The translations under genes and the position numbers were made by a program. From NCBI GenBank assembly GCA_013239625.1, contig MU053881.1, forward strand, positions 8,517,957-8,581,956: a DNA stretch of 64,000 nucleotides. Direction: 5' to 3'. How positions within the stretch are numbered: the first letter of the stretch is position 1; every line of letters begins with the position of its first letter. This document shows positions 14,712 through 27,800 of this stretch, piece after piece. The notes below the pieces were generated by a model. It saw nothing but the letters and a program-made list of their open reading frames with translations. It had not been told where the DNA came from and made no database searches. Origin of the DNA: Lama guanicoe. Taxonomy: Eukaryota.

Positions 14712-15010
14712 TGTCTTAGGTTGAGTTCTCTGGGAAAAAGATTCTGGGCGGGCGATTTGGTGCAGGATGTTTCTTAGTGTGCCAGGAACAGCACCTGGGG
14801 AGGGAGCGAGGGATGCAGGATTGGGTGGAAGGAGAAGCTGGGCCGCAGGACGGTAGCAGCAGTGGCCTCAGCTGATCCCATTGGGGTAATTCTTCAGAGA
14901 GGTCACTCGCCAAGGCAAGCAACCAGGTTTCTGTACCCTTGTATCTACCAGTCGGTGGATGTGGGCTTCTGCCAGTGGTAGGAGGCAGGTGTGACCTTGC
15001 ACGGGGCAGC
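14712..15010. mobile_element. Old ERVL/MaLR LTR fragment
   Basis: tgtcttaggttgagttctctgggaaaaagattctg... resembles MLT1/LTR33-type termini. Confidence 0.5.
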
Positions 15011-15989
15011 TCCCTTCGGAGAGGGGGTTTGTGAAGTCGCCGCAGGCAGCATTCCCAGCCCCAGGGAGAACGAATGACCACTGCAGGGGGTGGTCCACCC
15101 CGTGGTCCAAACCGTCATATTGGGACCTAGCTAAGCACACCCTTAAAATTCGGAAGAATACAGATAACGTTCTTTTGCCGCTTCTACCACAGTTATTATT
15201 CTTAGTGAATTGTTTGTTTATGTAAAAATGGTGCCAGGCCTGAGTTCTTGACCTTTGGGTATCAAAGTGCCTGTATCCTTGAAGCCAACAGAGGAAGCGT
15301 TTCACCCTTGGATATCCTCTCTCTCCCCTCTTAATGGCTCTTTGACATTTTCATTCTCTTTTGTATCCCCCCGCCCCCCCAACCACACCCCAGTCTTGTG
15401 GAAATTGACGGATCCCAGTGGCGTAGGTTCCCCACTCTGGCTCATGCCAAACTCCCAGTGTGACGTCACTGAGCGCCGGGTTGGGAAGAATCACGTGTCA
15501 GTCTCCAGCACATCCCTGAGTGCGGGAGCCTCGGGGAGGGCTGGGGTGGGGGTGGCCTGGCCTCAAGGCCCTGAGGCAGGGGGCTGAGGCCTGCATGTCG
15601 GCAGGGCCAGGCTAGCCTGCTTCCCTCCGTTCTGAGGGCCTGAGCTGGCTTGAGTGTTGAATGGCTTCAGCCTGGTCTCCTTCCTGTTCCCCCCAGTTCT
15701 AGTCCATGCACAGGATGTGCCCTGAATGGGAATCTCATTTCTTTATGAGCTGGCTCCTCAGTCCTTCCCCACTGTCAAGCTTCCTGCAGGAGAGTAACAC
15801 GAGGGCTTCCAGCAGGGGGTGAGGGTTGCAACGAGGTGGGGGGGGCCTTCAGGGCAATGATTCTGCCCTCCGGTAGGACAGCTGAGCCTTTCACCGAGCC
15901 TAGGTGCTCTGCCCCGCGGACATCTTTGAGTTGGTGCTGAGTGATGTCTTCTGTGTCCTACAGTTAACAAGAGCCAACATTTGGGACTC

Positions 15990-16190
15990 TCATCTCTGTG
16001 TAAGCGCTTTACCCGTGGATGTCAGTTAATTCTCATAGTCACCGCAGGAGGCACGTAGCATTATTTCTCCCCACTTTACAGATGAGGAAGCTGAGGCTTA
16101 GGGAGGTTTAGGATTTGTTTCAGGCTGTAGCAAGTATGTGGTCAAGCAGGGTTCAAACTCAAATCATTGATTCCAAAGCTTGTGCTAAAA
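15990..16190 (-). mobile_element. MIR SINE
   Basis: ccccactttacagatgaggaagctgaggcttagggaggtt... reverse MIR core. Confidence 0.8.
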
Positions 16191-17821
16191 TCCTTTTCAC
16201 CAGGTATCCTCTTGGGAGGAAAGACTGTCCATTGTCTGGTCCTACGAGGTGAAAGGAGGGTGGATAAAGTGGCCTTTCTACTGCACTTTCCTATATATAG
16301 TGTATGTCCCGTGCTGAGTGTCACTCCACCTGCACCTCCGATCTCTCCTCGGCGCAGGGAGAAGTGTGTGTGTGTGTGTGTGCGCGCGGTGAAAATGGAG
16401 ATAAACACCTCCACACAGTGCTGCAGTGTTGGTGCGGCTGCTCCTGCACACACAGCCGAGCTCTGCTGTTCTCCCACTGTTCCCGCGTTTCCACAAGTCA
16501 CACCCCGTGCCCTCCCCCCACAATGTATGTCACCATGCCACACACTCTACGACACCTTCACTCAACCCCGGCGTCTTTGGACCTGCACGCAGTCCTTCCC
16601 ACCCCCTTGAAGCCTGCACTGTGCCTTATCCCGGCTCGTGCAGTGTGTCACACACTCACCCACCCATCCACCCACACTGCCCCCCCGCCACGTGCTCCTT
16701 CTCCACGTAGCCCACGCTGGGAATTGTGCCCGCGTGCATAAGCCAGTACTCACCTGGGCACACACCACGTGCTCCCCCGCACACAGGCAGACGCACTGTG
16801 TGCTGCAACTCTACACGCTCCCAGTGCACGGCGCAGCACCTGGTGTGGACCCTGTGCCTGGCGCCCCACCCCTCACAACACAGTCCACAGTACCTGTCCC
16901 GGCTGAAGCTGTAGGATGTGCCCTTCCCTGGCCTGTCCTCTCTCTCTTCACCCCAACGTCACTGGCGTCAGGATGCTCGAACTGCAGGATTCAAGACACA
17001 CCGAACCAGTGGAGGTTCTAACAATGTCAGAAGGGAGGAAAACAGCCTGGCAGATTTGTGCCCCTAAGAACATCCCCTCCTCCAAGCCACCCTGATGGGC
17101 ACAGATGCACATCAACTAATATTTCTTTCTAAAAATGCCACACATTCCATGGCTGCGTGCTCAGGCCCTGCCCAGAGAATGCTGGGTATCGTCAACCAAG
17201 ATGCTCCTTTTCAAGGGGCGATGTGACCCGTGGCACAGGGACAGGGTGGGACGGAGGAAATAAAAGATTCCCCTGTCATCTCGGGCCCTAGCGTCCTGCC
17301 CAGGTCCCCAAGGAAGGCCCTTGAGAGGTCCCAGAGTCCTCTCCACTTGTCACTGTCTCGTTTGGATCACGTTGTTCATTCACACCTGCAGCTGCTCGGT
17401 CTGCAGTGCTCGGCGTTGCTGCCTCCCCCGAGGGGCAGCTCCTCGGGGTGGGGAAGTTGGGAGGAGTGGGGAGAGGCCCTGGGAGGGCTGGGGGCTGGCG
17501 AACAATCAATCAGTTCTCGCCTCCACACTTGTTACATGAACTTGGCTACTGAGTTGTGGCTCCTGAGTGGTGGGACCTGGAAGAGGAGACTCAGGGTGGA
17601 GACTCAGTCCTTAGTTCCAGAACCCCTGGCATGGCCAGGGGTGGAGGTGGGGGTGGGTTGGGGGTCGGAGGTCCCCTGGATGAACGTGGGCGAGTACTGA
17701 TAAATGTCACCTTAGGGGGAATTAACCTGCCTAACTGGAGGGCAGAGGCTTCCCCCTCCCAAAGGCTGGGGTCTGGGGGCAAGGAGAGATGAGGGAGGAG
17801 GGGGCAGAGAAGGCACTAGAA

Positions 17822-18026
17822 CAGCAGTTCTCAACTGAGAGCAGCTTTCTCTCCCCAGAGGACAGCTGGTGATGTCTAGAGGGTTGTCACAGCTGGGCAG
17901 GGGGAGCTACTGGCATCTAGTGCAAAGAGGCCAGAGATGCCGGTGAATACCCCGCCATGCAAACGATGGCCCCACCACAGAGCCACCTGACCCCAAAGGT
18001 CCACGTGCCCAGAAGGGGAACTCCTG
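17822..18026 (+). mobile_element. MER20 hAT-Charlie MITE
   Basis: cagcagttctcaact...ggttgtcacagctggg...gctactggcatctagtg...gaggccagagatgc matches the MER20 consensus as recalled. Confidence 0.85.
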
Positions 18027-18689
18027 GACAGGAGCCGAGGCTGGTCTGATGAGCAGAATGACCTCTGCTGACAGAACGTGGTTGACACTGAGAGGAAGTC
18101 CTGCTCCCCATGCGTGGAGGGAGGGAGTGAGGACCCAGAGTGAAGGAGCAGTGACATCCAGCCCTGCACCACCACCACCCCCTGCCCAGTTCTGTCCAGA
18201 GACAGGTTCTCCAGGCTGGTGTTGGAAAGAGGCTTCCTGCCTTCCCGGAGGCAGGGAAGGCCCCTGGTGTCCTCAGAGGGGCGGGGGTGGGGTGCGCAAG
18301 AACCTGAGCAAGAAGGCTTGATGGGCTGGGTGTCTTCTTGGCTATTAAGTTTCAACCTAGATCTTCCCCATGCACTATCTGTGCCCGTGTGCTTCCTTCC
18401 CAATCCCCACCAAAGCTGAATTACTGCTTCCCCACCCTCTGTGTTCTCGTCATGCCCTGCACGGTTCTCTTCCTGGCATTTTCAAGTCAAATTGCTGTTG
18501 CTGATTTGCTGGTGGCTGTTCCCCATCCGACTGCTCCCGGATGGCTGTGTTTTCTCATCCTTGGCTCCCCAGCACCTGGCTTTATCAACCAAACACCTAA
18601 GATGTATGGGCATGCTGTTGACAGAGTCAACAAATGCATGATCTCAGTGGATATATGAGCAGCTAACACATTTTTGTCTAGACATTTAT

Positions 18690-19040
18690 CTTCCCTGGGG
18701 GAACCACGCAGTCCCTCTCTTTACATGCCTCTCCACCCCTGGAAGGGATGTGGGACAACTCAAGGTCTTCTGTGAGTCAGAGGCAGGAGCTCTCTGCTGT
18801 CTCCTTGAGTGCTGCAAGGATGTAGGTTTGGGGCTGCTAGCAACCATCATTCCCACATGTGGAGAAAGCACATCTGGGAATAAGGCCGTATGCCAAGAGA
18901 AGCAGAACTGGAGGTGGAGCAAAGACATCTTTTGAACCCCTGGATCCAACCATGCCGGAAGTCAGTCATGCCTTTGGACTTCCCAGTTTTTGTTTTCCAT
19001 TGGGAGTTCTGTCACCATCACAAGTGTCCTGATTAACATG
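18690..19040 (+). mobile_element. MLT1 (ERVL-MaLR) solo LTR remnant
   Basis: tttgaacccctggatccaaccatgccggaagtc...tggacttcccagt...ttctgtcaccatcacaagtgtcctgattaaca MLT1 3' motifs. Confidence 0.7.
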
Positions 19041-21291
19041 GTGATGCTGTCTGGCGGCAAAGCCAACCTGTGATCCTCTTCTCACCCCCTCTCAACTCGA
19101 GCCTCTGACAGGACAAATGTTCATGTGGCTGACTTACAGCCAATGGGGCAGAATTCTCAGGCCAGTGGCTCCTGCCTTAGAATAAAACCCACAGGCATTG
19201 GGCCGAGATAACACTAAGATCGGGGGTTGTTGAGGGAGGGGCCTGGCAATGGAAATAATGAGATAGTAGACTGAGAACAGGAGGGGAAGTCCAGCCACAT
19301 AGGAAGGCCTGTCGTGTGACTTTACCTGGTCACTTGGCCTTTCTAAGTCTCAGTTTCTCATCTGCTCCTGAGTGTCTCCTTGAGAGGATGTGAAATTCAA
19401 ATAAAATCAATTAATTTGGGTGAAAGGGTTTGATAACTTTCACAGCCACTGGAATTGGGGCAAAGGGGACCAGGGAGTAGAGCCATTGGAAGGACAAAAG
19501 TGCAATTGGCAAGGGGAAAGGACGGAGGGGAGTGCCCGATGAAGGTGGCCATCCCCATGGAGGACTAAAGGTGGGTGGGGTGGGGGGACAAGAGGAGATT
19601 TGGTCTGTCCTGCTCAGGCCTGGGGACCTTGGAGTCCTGGTGAGGGCCATGGAGCTGGCCAGGAGGTCCTACCTCCATTATTCTCATAACCAAGAACCCA
19701 GGTAAGGGACCCCAGCAAGATGCTCCTGTTTCACTCCTTGGCAGGATGGCCACTGGATCAAACGTTCCTATGGGGTACAGGCGTTGCTTCTTCCCTCCTC
19801 CTGTCCCAGGGCCAGCTAGCCGAGCAAACGCCTATAGCTTTATGTAGTTTACATGGGAGGAGGCTGGAGGGGTCGGTGGGGACCTTTGCTCCTTGACAGA
19901 TCAAGCTGCAGGACTGGGACTATGTCCAGCTAGTCTCAGGACAGGGGCCCAAACTTCAGGCCTCATAGGCCAAGAGTGGTGAATGAATAACCATCCCCAG
20001 GTGCCAGGCCCTAGACAGGACGTTTGTTATAGCAACTCTGTGAGATGGGCTTATCACACCTATTTCCCAGGGGAGGAAACTGAGGCTTCAGAGGTCAGGT
20101 AAAGAACCCAGGCTTAGCTAGAAGGGGAGCAGTTAGAATTTAAAAGCCACTTTTAAAGGAAAATAGTGGAACATTTTTGGGTGATGGGCTTCGGAGTTAA
20201 AAAAAAAACCCAACCCTTTAAATCTGTTTTGCACTTGACAGGCACTTTGCATTTATTATTTTTGTGAGTCTTTTCAAACAATCCTATAAAGTGTTTTTTC
20301 CTCTATTTTACAAATGAGGAAAGTGGGGCTCAGAGAGGGGAAGGTTTGTTTGGAAACTTACCCAGAGAGTAAATGGTGGAGCTGGGCTCAGATACCAGTC
20401 TGGCTGTTCTTAGGGCAGATCTTCTCTGGAATCTTGCTTCCTGGAACCAATTCCAGGGGCCTCTTTCAGAGCCCAGGATTCTCCCTTGGGCCCAGGGCTC
20501 TCATGGGGTATCTTGCATCTCAGTGTCTTATCTGCCTAACATTTATACTAAGCCAGCCTGGGGCGCTCAGGCACGGGAAGATTTTATGGGAAAAGGCTGC
20601 CACCTTGTGGCTAAATAGCAAGCACACCATTTACCAGGAGGACGTGAGGGCTTGGGAAGGTGGGGCTTTGCAAAGAGACGCCAGCTGGAGCAGACTTGCT
20701 TTTGGAGGGCTGCTCCACAGCCAGAGGGCCAGCCTGGGCGTCGGAGGGAGGGTTCGAGGTCCTTAGCTGCCTCAGGATGGAAGTTGGGGGTTGGATGTGG
20801 GCACAGTGGATCAGAACTTTTCTGCAAAGTCCCGACTCCGGCCCGTCAGAAGATTCCTGAAGGTAAGCCTAGGTTTGACTCCTTAAACCCTCCTCCCGAG
20901 GCATTGGTCCTTTTACCTGCGTGGGGGTCGGGAGGGGCCATGTTGATGTATAAGACACTTCCCCTGCAGGCGCCCCAGGACCCTGGGGGACTGGATCCTC
21001 CCACAGTGTTCTACCCTTTACAGACACTGCCCTCAACTCCGACGGAGTTACGGAACCTTGTTCTCACACGTGCAGCTAATCCTGTGTCCTCACCTGGTCT
21101 GTTACATTCGGGCTGTTGCGGTCCCCCTGGTTCCGTTCTCTCTACCCTCTCCACAATCCACTTTGCTAATCGAAGGATTTCCTAACATATTTCTCCCCAC
21201 GGCGTGCAGGGGGCGGCTATCTAGCTGCTCAGCCTGACTCTCGTTCCTGCCACGGCGATCTCAGGCCACGTGCCTCCCGTTTGGCTTCAAT

Positions 21292-21460
21292 CAGTGCTCC
21301 TCAGCCCTGGCTGCACGTTCGAATCACCTGGGGAAGCTCCTACACCAACCCGGGCCAGGCCACGCCCCCTCGAGGCCCCGGGTTGATTTGATTGGCCCGG
21401 GCCCTGGAGGTCATGGTTCAGAAAGCTCCGCACGGGGTTCCGCCGCAGCCGCCGCCATTG
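21292..21460 (+). mobile_element. MER5B-like hAT MITE, strongly GC-shifted, flanked by L2 remnants
   Basis: cagtgctcctcagccctggctgcacgttcgaatcacctggggaagct aligns to recalled MER5B CAGTGGTTCTCAACCCTGGCTGCACATTAGAATCACCTGGGGAGCT. Confidence 0.75.
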
Positions 21461-22264
21461 CTCCGGTCCCTCTGAACGTCTCTCCCCCGCCGCCGGCTTG
21501 CGTGTGTCTTCTCCCCTTGCAGCCCGCGCGCACCCCTCGGTCCAGGCAGCCCTCCCACCTTGTCGCCCCGCGCTCTCCTACCTGTGAGTACCCAGCTCTG
21601 AGGCTCGTGGTCGGAACTCGTGGTCCTGCCCCACCCCGCCGCGCCCTCACGTTTCTGTGCCTCACTTCTGTGCCCCCCGGTGAGCCCTTGGTGTCACCAC
21701 TGGTTGGCTTGTGCGCTTGTCCTCACACCTTAGACTGTGAGATTTTGGACCACGTTTCGTTTCGCTTCGTATTCCCAGCTTCCGACGGTGCCCAGGACAA
21801 CATTGCGCTGGGTGACTTGGGAATGCTGACGGAGGACTGGATGGATGCCTTCTTAGGTAGCCAGTCTTCACATTGCTCAGATGTCCAGCTCCCCCAGTGT
21901 CATCCTTTCTGGAAAGCCCTTGAGGCCGCTGAGCAGCGCTCTTACGCTGAGTGCGCCTGTTCACGTGCCCTGGGGCTGGCGGGGGCAGCGTGGAGCGGGA
22001 TCTGAGGGAAGATCTTCCTCCATCCTCCCCTACGCCTGCAGAAAATCTCTCCCGCACGTCGGATCAGTCATGCGGCGAGTTCCACTCTTAGAAAAATCTG
22101 TGCTTGGAGCAATGGTGTAAAACTCATAAAAACATTTACTGTACTTATGATATGTCCGTGATATATGCACCATCTCATTTAATCATCATCACAGCCCTGT
22201 TCTCACCCGCCCTTATTTCCAGGTGAGGATTCGGAGACTCCGAGACTCAGAGATGTGGAGTTAG

Positions 22265-22678
22265 GTGGCAGAGACTGCTGGGACTCCCCCGTCTCCAGTT
22301 TCTAACTCTTCCTAGATTCATAGTCAGATTACATTTTCCAGTCTCTTTTGCAGTAGGTGGGTCCATGCAGCCCCATGGAATGTGGGTGGAGGTGATATGT
22401 GTCACTGCTAGGTGTGGCCCATTAGAAATACAATAGTTGCACTTGTGATCTTGGATGTCTTTCTCCATCAGCCAGTCGAACGGAGAGGACTTTGAAGCTT
22501 CCTAGGACCTGGAAGAAGGTGGAGCCATGAGATGGAAGGAGCCTGGGGCCCTGAGCTGGAGCAGAGCCTTTCCCATCGCCGATGCACAATGGAGGTGAGT
22601 GGAGTCAGCTTTTTCTGTGTTAACTTACATTGGCTTTATCTCTTATAGTAGCTAATGTCATTTATCGTGATTAATACA
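22265..22678 (+). mobile_element. MLT1H-like solo LTR
   Basis: ttacattttccagtctcttttgcagtaggtg...gccatgagatggaaggagcctggggccctgag...tgattaataca. Confidence 0.75.
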
Positions 22679-25034
22679 TGTCGCCTTCCCAAGTCCTGTG
22701 TTTCATGAGCGGTCGAGGTAGGATCTGTTCCCGTCGGGCTGACTTCAAAGCGCGCAGTCTTAGCCCCTGAGAAGTCTTCCAGGAATTGTCTGTCAATGTG
22801 CAGATACTTCTGGAAGAGGTCAGGCATTGCATCCTTGTCCTTCTAGGACTGGCTTGGGGGGAGGCAGGAGAGGATTTTTTTTTTTTTACTTAAGACTGTC
22901 TCCTCCCATATCATGAGTTTGTGCGTGTGTGTGTGTATCATGAGGGGCTGGGCTGGCCTGGGTATAACAGAACATTCACGGGTAATTCAAAGATGGTTGG
23001 CATGAAGGAGAGTTTCATGTTCAAGGGAAACTCTGGAGACATGTGATTCCCCGAGTGCCGCACCATGCACCCACCCCTTTGGGTCTGCCTGTCCCCTGCC
23101 CCGCCCTCAAAGAGGCTGGATGGGGCAGAGGAGCTCTGGGCTGGGCGCATGCACATTGCCTTCTTGCCTGAGGTCCGCTCCCTGTCTTGGTTGGCCCCAC
23201 TGGCTGCATCCAACCCAGGGAGAAACATCACAGTAGTTAGTCACAGTAGTTAGTCCCCAGGTGGTTCCCACCAAACTGGGATTCAAGCTGGTCTCCCACC
23301 AGCTGGAGGCTTCTGTGAGTGCGTATCCAAGGAGTCCTGACACCAGTTGAATTAAACCAGACCGTGGACCAAAGCACACGGGAGGCGCTGTCTCCTACGT
23401 CCTGTCCTGGAGGGCAACGGCCCCAACTCCCCTGGGGAGAACACGGTATGCACACGTGCTTCCGAGGAGGAAGTTGTCCGGAGTGTGTTTGTTCTCCTGT
23501 TCGCTTTACTAACTCAGAGCTTGCTCTGCTGATTATAGGGCCCATGGGGTCTGACACCGGGTATGAATGAAGCAGGTTAGCCTGGCCTCTCCGCACCTCT
23601 CCTTCCACCTGGGGAAGATACTCCTGGCCTGGAGAGATGACCAGAAGGCAGCGGTGACTCAGAGCACTTGCAGGGTCTCAGGGTGACATGCCACTCAGAC
23701 TTCCTGGAAAGGTTTTGAAATCAGCCACAACTATGTTTGAGTCATTCCACCACTTACAGCTGGGTGATAAGTGGCCTCAGTTTCTTCCTGCAAAGTGAAT
23801 GATACTAGGAGCTTGTCCTTGCAGTCTGTCTACTCAGTTTACTTCCATTTCCTCCTTGAAGGCCACCAGCCTCGTCGTCTCACACAGTTGGCCACATCAG
23901 CCCCTCTACCTGTCTTCCACACTGCATCCAGAGGACTTGTTTATGAAATTAAAGCTGACTCCCTCTTGTTTTTAGTTAGAAAAAAAAATCCAGTCTTTAA
24001 TAGGTGAGTCTTCTGAACCCTGCCAACCTCTTCTGTTTTCCTGCCCAAGTGGCTATGTGACCACAGTCCCTTTGCACATACGGTTCCCTGGGTCTAGGAA
24101 GCATTCCCTTGTCTTCACCTGGTTAACTCCTTAACTTTCAGACCTGTCACTTCCTTTATGTTCTCAGTCTAGGTGACAGCCCCAATTATGTACTTCCATA
24201 GCTTTGTAAATCTCTCCTTCTTGGCACTTAACATCCATGTCATTTTCACTTCTTAGTGTAATTATTTGACTGTTTGCTGTGTGCAGCCCTGACTGTAAGT
24301 CTTATGAGGTGAGGGCCCCTAGTTATGTCTGCTCACCTCCTTTATCCCCAGAACGTAGCACAGGACCTGACACAGGGCAAGCTCTCAAAATAATGTTTTT
24401 GAATGAATTAAAGGTGAGGAAATATTGTGTTTAGAGAACTTAGCACTGTTCTTGGCATGTAGTCAGCATCCATAACTATGAGCTATTAATGATGCTGCTA
24501 TTATTCTGACTGGAAGACTGGTGGGGAAAATTTCATCCAAATCATAAGTGAAGTTCTTACATAGCCCTGAGCGTGCAAGTTTTGGGGTAAAGTGATCTAG
24601 TCTGGAAGGAAATAACACATGTATAGGCACGCCCACACAGAGCCACACGAACGCATGTATGTTTCCCCCGTGTTGTGAGGGTGTTTGCCTTCAGTTTCCC
24701 GCCAGCACCTTCCAGGACTAGAACGTGGCAGCAGGGAGACTGTCCCAGGAGGGCTGGAAAGACCTGTCAGGGAACTGATGGGCCTGAGGGTCCTCATGAC
24801 CCCAGGTCCCCCCCTGCTCCTTCTCACCTCTGCTCCGTGCACAGCAGGGGCTGCAGACGGAGGCAGTGATCAGTCTAGAATGTAGAGCAGTTCAGGGAAC
24901 AGGAGGTGCCTCTGACAAAATCTCCTCCAAACGTTCAAAACTCCATCTCTGCCTGTGCGTCCTGACAGGTCCCCTTTTCTCCCGAAACTTTGACTTTGCC
25001 CTCACCTCAAAGCATTTCCACAGAAGACCAGTGT

Positions 25035-26401
25035 CCACAGGAGTTTTAGAGACTTTATTTATGTATAAACAATTTAAACACTTTGCCATAAATTATCTTT
25101 GCCTGTCCCTAGTCTTTGCTTAGCAGCAAATTAAAATTAATATAAAAACTCGATGAACAATTCATACATGTATATTACAAAAAAGTTCCTGTACCAAAGT
25201 TCTTATTAGACTTTTTTTGTTCTTTTTTTAAACTTTTTTTGTTGTTTTTGTGGGTTTTTAAATTTTTTTTTATTCTCTCTCCTCGTGGTGACTGTCATGT
25301 GATTGTCTCAGTTTCTGGACCAAACAAACACACTAATAATTTAAAATCTCAAACAGTGATTGTGCCTTGAGGCTTATGTATGTACAGGGTGATCTGAAGT
25401 GGTGCCCGTTAGCAAAAGAGTGTCACGATGCCACACCTCTACTGCAACTGATACCCACAAACTACGGAATCTAAACAGACTACACCCTGTAATTGCGTAT
25501 TACTGTCCACAATGGAATCTTCAAAGACAAAAGAGTATGAAATTGATCTGTAGTGAGTATAGCCACCATTGGAATTAAATTTTACACTCTTGCGCTCAAA
25601 TAAATTAGCTCAGGCCGAGACTAAATTGGGACCTGAGAGTTAAGTGCTGAACGGTATTATTTCGCTTTGATTTTCGATATGAATTTCCTTCTTTTTTTTT
25701 TCCCTCGTGTTTTTCTATATATTTTTTTTTCTTTAAAAAGTATTTCCAGTGCTCACTCTTTCACTTTTATCCCCCCCCACCCCAGTCGCTACACACAAAT
25801 CACCCCCAAAGTCGTGGTTTAAATGCACCTGTATTTGTTGAAAGGAAAATGTCTGTAGTTTTTGTCCAACAAGCAGTCTGAATCTGTTCTCAGCTGGTCC
25901 GGTGACGCTGGCCCTCACGGATGGATGTCTGTGCGTCGCTCACGTGTGAATGAGTGAGGTAATAGAACATGAGGCCGTCTCGTCTTCATGTCTTTGTTTT
26001 TCGGTCGGTGTGTTTGTTTTTGTTTTCTGTGTGTGTGTTGTGTGTGTGTGTGTTGTGTTCTTCTGTTCCTTTTGGACACGTCGCGTCTCTTAGCCGTGAA
26101 GACCCAGAACAAGTGGGTCATATCTTAGGGGAACTTGGAACCGTGTCGTGTGTCCGTTCATTCATTCGTGTGTTCTGTTTTCCTCAGGAATTCGCGGCCG
26201 GGCTTGAGTCTACTTCAGGAGGTGGGACTTCTCGCGTGGGCAGTAGCATTTGAACTCAAAAAATGTGAGCCTTCTTGCCACTTGGGTATCCTAAAGCAGC
26301 CCGGCCTTAGTGCCCCTGGTAGGTCTTCATCTCCTTAGGAGAGGAGATAACAGTCACTCCCGCTGAGCCATCCGGACGAGGAATGGCAGCAGGTTATTTT
26401 G
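25035..26401 (-). other. TENM2: TENM2 3' UTR (3' end approximate), with a (CA)n tract at ~26028-26056
   Basis: Sequence with no recognisable interspersed repeats and AU-rich tracts between the TAA stop and an AATAAA at 25059-25054. Confidence 0.75.
25054..25059 (-). terminator. TENM2: Probable TENM2 polyadenylation signal AATAAA
   Basis: Minus strand ttatacataAATAAAgtctctaaaactcc preceded by U-rich elements; a second AATAAA lies at 25274-25269. Confidence 0.65.
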
Positions 26402-27292
<891 letters not shown>

Positions 27293-27637
27293 TCACCCTC
27301 CCTTGGGAGCTGGGGCAGGCTGGCTGGTTTTCCAGTGCTCCGAGGGTGTGGCCTGTCCACCTCGTAACTGTGCCACTCACCGAAGAAGGTGGTGGGGAGG
27401 TTCACCACCTGGCCGGCAACTGCACCCAGGCCTCCCCCCTTACCCCGCCTCTCCGCTGCTGCAGAAAAGCCACTCTGCCTGCTGACGGTTCGGCAGTTGC
27501 CTTACCCACTTCAGAGCCAGGAACACCCCGACCTGGAGGGCAGGGCGTTTACCTGAGGAGCTGTGAACCCCGCTTCTGGGACCTGTGTGTCTTTGCGTCC
27601 AGTGCCCTGGATGTTCATTCACTTCCTGGGGTCAGGA

Positions 27638-27800
27638 CCTTGCTCCTCAGAGTACGGCCAGCAGCTGGGGAGTCCCCGGGCCCCTGTCCCATTAGAAAAG
27701 CGGAATCTCCGGCCTCACTCTTGACCTACTGAGTCAGAAGCTGCATTTCAACAGGCACTTGAGGTGGCTTGTGTGCATATTAATGTCTGGGAAGCACCGG
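27638..27800 (-). mobile_element. MER5A1-like hAT MITE
   Basis: ccttgctcctcagagt...gacctactgagtcagaagctgcatttcaacagg...gtgcatattaatgtctgggaagcacc is reverse MER5A1. Confidence 0.65.

Noticed and set aside
23228..23255. 13-bp tandem repeat tcacagtagttag x2
   Set aside because: Ordinary slippage microduplication; no array or spacer structure.
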